Source: Clostridiales bacterium | GTDB lineage: Bacteria > Bacillota > Clostridia > Christensenellales > CAG-138 | Assembly (NCBI GenBank): GCA_019416935.1 | Contig: DXWI01000003.1 | Location: forward strand, 60,583 to 124,582 | DNA: 64,000 bases | Reading direction: 5' to 3' | Shown here: positions 54,347 to 61,972 of the stretch, one piece after another | How positions within the stretch are numbered: position 1 is the first letter of the stretch | Layout of the letters: every line of letters starts with the position of its first letter | Program-made: the position numbers and the translations under genes | Notes under the pieces: generated by a model | The model's database searches: none | The model's input: the letters and a program-made list of their open reading frames with translations, nothing else | What the model was told of the DNA's origin: nothing

Positions 54347-55348
54347 TCAGCCCTCCTTTGGCAGCATAAGCGTCAGTCGAAAGCCCGGAAGGCTGTTGAC
54401 CAGCATCACGCCTCCCGCTCTCTCCGTTCGGCGGCGCAGATCGGACAGCCCGCCGCCCTCGGTGATTTCCTGCCCCGGCGCGTCGCCGCTGTTCTCTATC
54501 GTGACCAAGATCGCGCCGCCGCTTTCGCAGATTTTCACAAACAGTTGATCCGCGCGGGCGTGCCGCACGGCGTTCGTCGCGCAGACGCGCATGGCGGTGA
54601 TGATGAGATATGCCGCTGCCTCGCTCTTTGGCAGCGTGCCCTCTATCGCAATGCGGATGCCAATGCCGGCAGCGGCGCGTATCAGCTCCTCCAGTTCCTT
54701 CCGACAGGATGCCGGCACGCCCGCCTCCCCGCCGCCCGTTTCCGCGGCGCGGAATATGCCGGCAATCGCCGCCCACGCCGCGCCGCACCGTTGCAGCGCC
54801 GCAAGCGGCGCTCCCTCTTCCAGCGCCTTCCTTGCGGAAAGCAGACCGACGCCGATCTCGTCGTGCAAGCGCATCTTCATGGCGAGCGTTTCTTCCTCGC
54901 GAACCATATCGTCCAGCTCATGATAGAGCTTTCGCGCCCGCGCATTCGCATCGAGCAGGGCGGCATTCTCCCGTTCGAGCCGCGCTCTCCTGTCCGCCAG
55001 TTCCGTGATGTCCTGCGCCAACGCCTGCGTATAGCGGCGGCCGTACGCATCCGTCACCATGCTTTCGGTAAATTGCCACACCCGCCCCTCCGGAAAGCGG
55101 AGAATGTGCGCGCCGGCATCCAGCACCGAAATGTCGCCGCCCGGCCGGACGACCGCCCGCCGCAACTCGGACAGGTGCTGCAAATCCGTGCCGGCAAGCC
55201 GCCGGTACAGACGCTGCATCTGCCTGTTGCACAGGATCAGCGTTCCGTTTTCCCTTGCAAAGCAAACGCCGGGCGGAAGGTTGTCCAGGCTCTCCTTGAT
55301 CGACATGCGGTTGATCCTTGCCCTTTTGCAGAACGGCTTCATTTGCAT
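54347..55348 (-). CDS. soluble HisKA_3-type sensor histidine kinase
   Basis: H-box MRLHDEIG, N-box ATNAVRHA and G-boxes ENSGDAP/EGGGL. The N-terminal PAS-like region has no TM helix. Start at 55348 or 55342, overlapping the upstream stop. Confidence 0.8.
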   Translation of the reverse strand: MQMKPFCKRARINRMSIKESLDNLPPGVCFARENGTLILCNRQMQRLYRRLAGTDLQHLSELRRAVVRPGGDISVLDAGAHILRFPEGRVWQFTESMVTDAYGRRYTQALAQDITELADRRARLERENAALLDANARARKLYHELDDMVREEETLAMKMRLHDEIGVGLLSARKALEEGAPLAALQRCGAAWAAIAGIFRAAETGGGEAGVPASCRKELEELIRAAAGIGIRIAIEGTLPKSEAAAYLIITAMRVCATNAVRHARADQLFVKICESGGAILVTIENSGDAPGQEITEGGGLSDLRRRTERAGGVMLVNSLPGFRLTLMLPKEG

Positions 55349-57006
55349 ACCCTCCCCTCCGCAACGGACAGCAAGCAGAACCATACGCCATCCTGCCGGG
55401 TGATTTCGGCATCCGGAAAGTGCGCCTTGACCGCGTCCGCCATATCCTCCTCACAGTCCATCATCAGAAAGACGGCGCATTGGCCGCTCGTGCGACGAAC
55501 CGATATCGTAAGCGCGCGAAGCGTATGGAACGCTTGCTCTACGGCCGTCTCATAAAAATCAAACACCGCCGCGGCACATCCGGCGTCCACGCTTCCCGAA
55601 ACGTCCAGCGTGCAGGCGCATTTTATGCCGAGAAGCCGCAGATTGGCCAGAGATTCATTCAGGCAGAGCAGCAACTCGTTTGCCGGAACCGCATCGGCCG
55701 CGTCGGCAAGGAAGATCAGGTTGCTGCGCCGCTTGATGTATGCGCCCACCACCAAAATCTGCGCCAAAAGCGCTCTTGCCTCGCCGATATCCTCGGTCCT
55801 TTCCAGTTGAATGCCCAGCCCTTCCATGAGCGCCGCGTGCCGCGCGGTCGTTTCCTGCACCGCCGCATAGAGCCGCTTTTGTTCGGCGAGCTTTTGCGCG
55901 CGGGCCTTTTTCTTGTTCTCCTCCATTAAAAGCGAACCGTAGCTTTGCAGCTCCTCCCTTGTGCCAAAAAGCTGCTCTATCGTGTCCAGCAGGTCGGCAA
56001 TATCCTCCTGCCAAAAGACATAGCCGCCCCGGATGGGCGCCGACGAGAGGCGCACGCCGCCCTGCAGAACAATGGTAGCCGATGCGGCGCTTTCCAAAAC
56101 CGCCTTGCCGACAAGGCGCATGTTTTCCGCGCTGTAGCACACGTTGAACGCGTCGTCCGTGATCTGCGCGCCAAGCGTGGATATGCGGAACAATTCCGCA
56201 TAATTGGTATTGGATTGTATCAGCCCGCACTGGATGCAGCTTTCCAGTACAGCGGTATACAGCAGGCATTGAAACACCGTGATGTCGCCCGCGATCACAC
56301 GCAGCCAGCCGACGCCGGAAACATATAGCAGCCCGTATGCAATGGATAGAAGCAGCGGCACGATGGGCAGATAGAGCATTCCTCGTCCATCGGGCATGCG
56401 GCACTTATGAATGACCAAGGCGAGCGCGCTGAGCGCACAGCCGATTTCCCAGCCGATCACCGGCCAGTACAGCGCGGCGTAATGATAATCCGAGTCCGTA
56501 AATACGGCTGCGCCTGCCGGAAAGCGGAACACCAGTTGATGCAGATCGTTTGTGAGCACCAGCACCAGGAGGGCCAATGTGGGCAGATACAGCAGCTTCG
56601 TCCATTTCGGCAGGCGATAGTTCTCCGCCTTTCCCAGCGACAGGCTCACAAACAGTGCCATCAGCGGAATCAGCAGCATGCCAACATAGAACAGATACCA
56701 CAGGTACCTGTCCGTGTTCGGTTCTGCAACAAACAAATACTTGATGGTACGCACCGTCAGCCAAAACACCGTGAGCACGGAAACGGCGGTCAAATACCTG
56801 CGCACCTGTGGATGGATGATGCGTCGGCGGATGGATATGCCCCATGCGGCGAACAACCCAATATAGATCACGCTGCGCAGATAGCCGAAAACGGGGATTG
56901 CGGGGATGAGTACAAATCGGTTAGCAAAACGGCAGGCGACGGCGGCCGCGATCAGCAGCGCCACGCCGGCCGCCGTATAGACGTTTCTCCTGTTGACCCC
57001 CGCCAT
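55339..57006 (-). CDS. 7-TM sensor protein with degenerate kinase-like C-terminal domain
   Basis: 555 aa. About 7 TM helices occupy the first ~270 aa. A coiled segment and an alpha/beta domain follow (LLLCLNESLANL resembles an N box). No H-box or G-boxes could be found. Confidence 0.6.
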   Translation of the reverse strand: MAGVNRRNVYTAAGVALLIAAAVACRFANRFVLIPAIPVFGYLRSVIYIGLFAAWGISIRRRIIHPQVRRYLTAVSVLTVFWLTVRTIKYLFVAEPNTDRYLWYLFYVGMLLIPLMALFVSLSLGKAENYRLPKWTKLLYLPTLALLVLVLTNDLHQLVFRFPAGAAVFTDSDYHYAALYWPVIGWEIGCALSALALVIHKCRMPDGRGMLYLPIVPLLLSIAYGLLYVSGVGWLRVIAGDITVFQCLLYTAVLESCIQCGLIQSNTNYAELFRISTLGAQITDDAFNVCYSAENMRLVGKAVLESAASATIVLQGGVRLSSAPIRGGYVFWQEDIADLLDTIEQLFGTREELQSYGSLLMEENKKKARAQKLAEQKRLYAAVQETTARHAALMEGLGIQLERTEDIGEARALLAQILVVGAYIKRRSNLIFLADAADAVPANELLLCLNESLANLRLLGIKCACTLDVSGSVDAGCAAAVFDFYETAVEQAFHTLRALTISVRRTSGQCAVFLMMDCEEDMADAVKAHFPDAEITRQDGVWFCLLSVAEGRVCK

Positions 57007-57045
57007 CCCATCACCCCGCTTTGGATAAGGCTTTTGCTATAGTAT

Positions 57046-57080
57046 CGCATATTTGCACGCATATTTCCACCATATATGCG
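57046..57080. promoter_or_regulatory. repeated CGCATAT motif upstream of the 7-TM/HK/RR operon
   Basis: CGCATATTT at 57046-57054 and 57058-57066. An inverted ATATGCG lies at 57074-57080, 40-75 nt upstream of start 57006. Confidence 0.3.
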
Positions 57081-57195
57081 TCTTTCGGACGCCGCAGCCC
57101 TAAGCCGCGCCCCTCCGCCCCGGCGCCCTGCCGCCCGAAAAGCGGCGAGCGCCTGTCGCTATTGCAAAATTTCCGGCGCAAAAAGGCGCCCCGTG

Positions 57196-57204
57196 TGATA
57201 TGAT
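57196..57204 (+). promoter_or_regulatory. extended -10 element (TGaTATGAT)
   Basis: TG at 57196-57197 and TATGAT at 57199-57204, 35 nt upstream of ATG 57239. Confidence 0.35.
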
Positions 57205-57238
57205 ATCGTTAGAAAAATGAAAAGCTGTGGGGACGCAT

Positions 57239-57943
57239 ATGTATCAATACCTGTTGTGGGATATCGATGGCACCGTGCTGGATTTTCTTTCATCGGAGGA
57301 GCACGCCGTTCGCGCGCTGTTTCAAAAGTACCGGCTCGGCGCATGCAGCGACGATATGCTGCGGCTGTACTCCGAAATCAATGTGCGGTATTGGGAGGCG
57401 CTGGAGCGGAACGAAATGACCAAGCCCGAGATCCTGGTCGGCCGTTTCCGAACGTTTTTTGAACAGATCGGCGTCGATCCGGCGTTGGCCGAAGCCTTTA
57501 ACCGCGATTATCAGGTCGCGCTCGGCGACCATCTGGCGTTTGTCGAGCATGCGGAGGAAATGCTCCGTGCGGAGAAGGGCGTCTATACGCTCATCGCCGT
57601 GACGAACGGAACGAAGGTCGCGCAGACAAAAAAGCTCCGCCGATCCGGGCTTGACCGCGTCTTTGACGCGGTGTTCATCTCCGAGGACGTGGGCTATGAA
57701 AAGCCCAATCTGGCCTATTTTGAGCGGGTGTTTTCCGAAGCCGGTATCGCGGACAAAAGCCGGGCGCTGCTCATCGGCGATTCCCTGACCAGCGACATGA
57801 AGGGCGGCTGGATCGCCGGCATAGACACCTGCTGGTACAACCCAAAGCACAGCCCCAATCCGCTGCGCATCCCCGTGACCTATGAGATCGACGACCTCAG
57901 CCGGCTTGCGGAGATTCTGGATGCGGCGCAGGGCGGCGCCTGA
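57239..57943 (+). CDS. YjjG-type HAD-IA nucleotidase
   Basis: MYQYLLWDIDGTVLDF (motif I), AVTNG (motif II) and LLIGDSLTSDMKGG (motif IV). Confidence 0.8.
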   Translation: MYQYLLWDIDGTVLDFLSSEEHAVRALFQKYRLGACSDDMLRLYSEINVRYWEALERNEMTKPEILVGRFRTFFEQIGVDPALAEAFNRDYQVALGDHLAFVEHAEEMLRAEKGVYTLIAVTNGTKVAQTKKLRRSGLDRVFDAVFISEDVGYEKPNLAYFERVFSEAGIADKSRALLIGDSLTSDMKGGWIAGIDTCWYNPKHSPNPLRIPVTYEIDDLSRLAEILDAAQGGA

Positions 57944-57965
57944 GCGCGCATGGGGGGAAATCGCA

Positions 57966-58793
57966 ATGAACACGCTAAAAAAGTATTGCCTGCCCGCTCT
58001 CCTGTTCCTCGCGTTTGAGACGGTCGCCGTGACGCTGTGGCTGACGAAGGACAACCCGTTCTATCTGCTGAATTTCAGCTATATCGGCTGCTCCATTGCG
58101 CTCGGCGTCTTTTTGTTCATCCGGGGCTACCGGCACGCGCGCCGGGTGGTGCAGTTCCTCGTAGGCGCCTACATGCTGGTTTATCTCGGGCTGATCTCCA
58201 ACGAGAACATGCAGCTCGAGGGCTTTTGGTATTACCTGTTCAACGGCGTCTTTGAAGCGGCGACCATCCACTATGCCGTTGCAAAGATCTTCGGGCCGCT
58301 GCTCTTTGGCCGCGGCTGGTGCGGGTATGCCTGCTGGACGGCTATGGTGCTCGACCTGCTGCCCTACAAAATACCGGAACGGCCGCGCAAGAAGCTCGGC
58401 TTCCTCCGCTATATCCATTTTGCAGCGTCGCTCCTGTTTGTTTCCGCCCTGTTCCTCTTTCATGCGCAGGATATGGAGCGCATCATGTTCTGGTGTTTTC
58501 TCATCGGCAACCTCCTGTATTACGGCACGGGCGTCGCGCTTGCATATGCGTTCCGGGACAACCGCGCCTTCTGCAAATACCTCTGCCCCGTCACGGTCTT
58601 TTTGAAGCCCATGAGCTATTTCTCGCTGCTGCGCGTCCGGTGCGATACGGAGAAATGCGTCTCCTGCGGGAAATGCAAGCAGGTTTGCCCCATGGATGTG
58701 GATGTAACGGATAACACGTATCGGCGCAAAAACGGAACGGAGTGCATACTCTGCCTGGAATGCGTCAAGGCCTGCCCCAAAAAGGCGCTGTAG
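57966..58793 (+). CDS. membrane-bound 4Fe-4S binding protein (NapH/MauN-like)
   Basis: 275 aa from ATG 57966. TM helices with GWCGYACW and FCKYLCP. The C-terminus has CVSCGKCKQVCP and CILCLECVKACP. Confidence 0.75.
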   Translation: MNTLKKYCLPALLFLAFETVAVTLWLTKDNPFYLLNFSYIGCSIALGVFLFIRGYRHARRVVQFLVGAYMLVYLGLISNENMQLEGFWYYLFNGVFEAATIHYAVAKIFGPLLFGRGWCGYACWTAMVLDLLPYKIPERPRKKLGFLRYIHFAASLLFVSALFLFHAQDMERIMFWCFLIGNLLYYGTGVALAYAFRDNRAFCKYLCPVTVFLKPMSYFSLLRVRCDTEKCVSCGKCKQVCPMDVDVTDNTYRRKNGTECILCLECVKACPKKAL

Positions 58794-58824
58794 CGCCGTC
58801 CCCGGCAGGGCTGCCGGATATAAG

Positions 58825-58851
58825 AAAAAGTCCCTGAATTAGGGACTTTTT
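58825..58851 (+). terminator. rho-independent terminator
   Basis: AAAAAGTCCC TGAATT AGGGACTTTTT. Confidence 0.7.
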
Positions 58852-59169
58852 CGTGGCAAAAAACGCTGATTTTGATAAAAATGCCCCACTCGTATTTAGG
58901 GGGTACAACTTACGTCAAGGGGGTGCAGCGCAACAAATATGCGGCTTTACCCACGTCATATCCTGCTTTCCGTGCAACCGGTGCAAGTTTGCCGGTTCAT
59001 TGACTTTGCTGCGGTCTTTATTTCTACGCTGATAAGACAAACGGGAAGTTGATTTTTGCCCGCTCCTACAATGGACGCTTTCAAATATGGTTGCTTTGCG
59101 GCTTGAAAAGCTATAAATATTTGTACACAATATAAACTGTAATTTTATGTTTACGGGGAAGCGAAGCGC

Positions 59170-59363
59170 ATGACCGGCATTTCAGGCTACCTTTCCATAC
59201 GGGAAATATCCTACAAATGGGGCGTGTCGGAACGGCGCGTGCCGAGGGGCGCATCCCCGGCCTTTCCCGCTTTCGGCGGTCTTGGGCGATACCGGAGGGC
59301 GCGGAAAAGCCCACCGACCCGCGCAGAGAAAAGCAAACGGGAGACGGCTATGATAACCGATGA
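59170..59363 (+). pseudogene. HTH_17-like DNA-binding gene with internal deletion/frameshift
   Basis: Frame 1 gives MTGISGYLSIREISYKWGVSERRV. From 59241 the -1 frame gives AEGRIPGLSRFRRSWAIPEGAEKPTDPRREKQTGDGYDNR*, with the stop at 59361-59363. The recognition-helix residues between the two parts appear to be missing. Confidence 0.55.
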
Positions 59364-59900
59364 AACGCTATACCGCCGCTATGTAGGCGGCGACGACAAG
59401 GGCTTGAACGGCCTGATGGGGCGTTACGGCGACAGCCTGACCTTTTACATAAACGGCTATCTTCACGATTTGCACGAATCGGAAGATTTGATGGTGGAAG
59501 CCTTTTCGTATCTGATTGCAAAAAAACCAAAAATGAGGGACGAAGGATTTCGCAGCTACCTATACAAAACCGCCCGCCATTTGGCGCTGCGGCATAAGGC
59601 ACGAAACCGCCTGCGGCAGGCGTTCAACTTTGACGATTTAGAAGCGGACGCGGAAAGTCAGGGCTTTTCGGAAGAAGTCATACAAACCAAGGAACGAAAC
59701 CGCATTTTGCACCTTTGCATGGAGCAGCTTTCTCCGGATTACAGAGAAGCCTTGTATCTCGTTTATTTTGAAAACATGAGCCATACCGAGGCGGGCGTCG
59801 TCATGGGGAAGAGCCAAAAACAGGTATCCAACCTGGCTGCCGCGACAAAGAGGCGTTACGACAGAAGGTGGAAAAGGAGGGTATATACAGTGCGGAGTAA
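59350..59900 (+). pseudogene. sigma-70 family (ECF-like) sigma factor with 1-nt frameshift near its 3' end
   Basis: MITDETLYRRYVGGDD...MVEAFSYLI (region 2) ... SPDYREALYLVYFENMSHTEAGVVMGKSQKQVSNL (region 4). After about 59840 the family-typical ending RDKEALRQKVEKEGIYSAE* lies in another frame, with TAA at 59898-59900. Length is 551 nt, which is 3n+2. Confidence 0.6.
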
Positions 59901-60249
59901 TGAAAAACGGGTTGCCGCCGTGAAACGGCGGTCAAAGGAGCTGAAACGGGAAAGCGGGAAGCGCCGGGAGCGCATTGTCCTCCTGTCCTCTATTGCCGCC
60001 TGTCTTGTGCTCATTGTCGCTCTGTCCCTTGCCATGCCCGGCATCGTGGAAAACTTTTCGAACGACGCCCTCGGCTACTCCGCCATGACCGCAAGCGTTT
60101 TTCACGGCAGCGGCGCCTTCGGCTATATCGTAATCGGACTGCTGGCTTTTGCTCTGGGCGTGTGTGTGACGGTGCTGTGCTATCTGGCGAGGCGCTCCGA
60201 GCATGAGGAAAAAGCGGAGGAAACACAGCGGGCGAATGACGATGATTGA
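59890..60249 (+). CDS. small two-TM membrane protein (paralog A; anti-sigma-like position)
   Basis: GTG 59890 lies 8 nt after AAGGAGGG. MRSNEKRVAAVKRRSKELKRE...LLSSIAACLVLIVALS...GYIVIGLLAFALGVCVTVLCYL. Collinear with the product of 61644-61943. Confidence 0.5.
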   Translation: MRSNEKRVAAVKRRSKELKRESGKRRERIVLLSSIAACLVLIVALSLAMPGIVENFSNDALGYSAMTASVFHGSGAFGYIVIGLLAFALGVCVTVLCYLARRSEHEEKAEETQRANDDD

Positions 60250-60858
60250 GCTGATCGATAATTTTATACAATTTCTGGTAACATCCATCTCCTGCGTTTG
60301 GGCAGGTGTGCCCTTTTCCAAAAACCGCAAACAGCCGCTTTTTCTGCCGACCTGTTTTTACGGCGTCTATGCGCTCGGTACACTCTACTGGACGCTCCGC
60401 CTCCTGCTTCTCGATGAAACGCCACCGGTGTTTTATGTATCTGATATTGGGTGGGTTGCAAGCTACGTCTTTCTGCTGACGCTGCTTTACACCATGCGCT
60501 CCGAGGAGCGTATACGCTCTGCGCAGCGGCAGCGAAAAACAGCCTTTTGCTATCTTGCGCCCGCCTTCTGCCTCCCGCAGTTTATTTTATTCAATCTGCT
60601 GATGTGCGTACCCACCATGTTGATCGCGTGGCTTGCCATCGACGGGCTGGTGTCCAGCTTGCGAAGTTTGGGCGAGAAAAACGCCGTGCCGTTCTATATC
60701 TCGGCGCTGTGCTTTGTAGTATCGGAGTACTGCCTGTGGACATCCTCCTGTTTTTGGATGGGCGACACCCTGTTAAACCCCTATTCTGGTTCGACTTCCT
60801 GTTGTCGGCTTCCATGCTGTCGCTGCTGCCGTCGCTGAAAAAGGCGGTGGCGAAATGA
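60236..60858 (+). pseudogene. multi-TM membrane protein with frameshift at a C4 run
   Basis: The frame of 60236 has high GC3 up to about 60780. The high-GC3 frame then switches and ends ...FWFDFLLSASMLSLLPSLKKAVAK*, with an ATGA overlap onto the next gene. Length is 623 nt, which is 3n+2. Confidence 0.5.
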
Positions 60859-61485
60859 CTTACATTGAAAACATTTTTGTGTGCATGGCCGCGCCGCTGA
60901 TGATGGCGATGCTGTGCCTGGGGAAAAAGCACCGCCGTCCGCTATACTTTTGCATTGCCGGTATGGGAATGTGCCTGCTCTCAGCGTATCTCAATACCTT
61001 TTTTGCCGGGCTTTACGGAGTCAACGCCCTGAACGCCACCACGCAGATCGCTCCGGTGGTGGAGGAAATTCTGAAGTTGCTGCCGCTGCTGTTTTATCTT
61101 GCGATTTTCCAGCCGGACAGCAAGCAGTTTCAAATTGCCGCCGTGGTGGTGGGAGCCAGCTTCGCCACCTTTAAAAATGTTTGCTACCTGACGCAAAACG
61201 GTGCGGAGAATTTTCTGTTTCTGCTCATTCGCGGCTTCGGTACGGGGGACGATGCACGTCGTCTGCGGCGCCGGTTACGGCCGCTGGATTCAATACGTTT
61301 GGGAAAAAAGAGGGCTGCGCGCGGTCTGCCTGTTCGGCCTTCTGTGCCTCGTCATCACCTATCACGCCATCTATAATATGCTGGTGAGCGTGGGGGGTGC
61401 GCTGCAATATATCGCCTACTTCCTCCCGATTTTCACCGTTGCCTGCGGCTGGGGCGGCTATCTGCTGCGGCGGCGCGGGCGATAA
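60855..61485 (+). pseudogene. PrsW-family intramembrane protease with frameshift at a G5 run
   Basis: VVEEILKLLPL (EExxK) lies in the first ORF and YHAIYNML (HxxxN) in the second (61201-61485). The frames join at GGGGG 61244-61248. Length is 631 nt, which is 3n+1. Confidence 0.6.
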
Positions 61486-61643
61486 TCTGTCCAAATACAA
61501 GCATAAGAGCTTCCTGCGGGCGGCTTTTTTTGCGCCCAAAGATCATTCTTAATTCTCTTTATTTTGGGTGAGTAATTTGACGAGTTCATGTACCTATATA
61601 AGTAAAAGGCTTTTTAAGACTATTTTGGAAGGGAGTGACTGTG

Positions 61644-61943
61644 ATGATGGATACCGGACAGCGCGTGGAGTGTGTCAAGCGGCGGGTGCTGGAAAAAGGC
61701 CGAAACTGGGAAAAGTGCATGATACAGCGACTATCGCTGTCGTTCGTTGCGCTTTGCTGCTGCCTTATTTATTCAGTGGGGCATTTTTCCGGCAGATCAC
61801 CGGGTTCAGTGCAGGGTCTAAGCGGCGCAACGATGCTGTTTGAAAATGCGGGCGGCTATGTGCTGGTGGGCGTCGTATGCTTTATTGCGGCGGCAGTCAT
61901 TACCGTGCTTTGCCTGCGTTCGCGAGGCAAAAACAACAAATAG
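61644..61943 (+). CDS. small two-TM membrane protein (paralog B)
   Basis: ATG 61644 lies 9 nt after GGAAGGGAG. MMDTGQRVECVKRRVLEKG...LSLSFVALCCCLIY...GYVLVGVVCFIAAAVITVLCL. Confidence 0.5.
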   Translation: MMDTGQRVECVKRRVLEKGRNWEKCMIQRLSLSFVALCCCLIYSVGHFSGRSPGSVQGLSGATMLFENAGGYVLVGVVCFIAAAVITVLCLRSRGKNNK

Positions 61944-61972
61944 ACTGAACAAACCAAGGAGGATGGGGAAAT

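Noticed and set aside
58915-59130. 71-aa minus-strand ORF in the AT-rich spacer at the island boundary
   Set aside because: It has no RBS and no recognisable motif, and it lies in what looks like a promoter or leader region (a weak TTGAAA-17-CACAAT at 59103-59131 on the plus strand).
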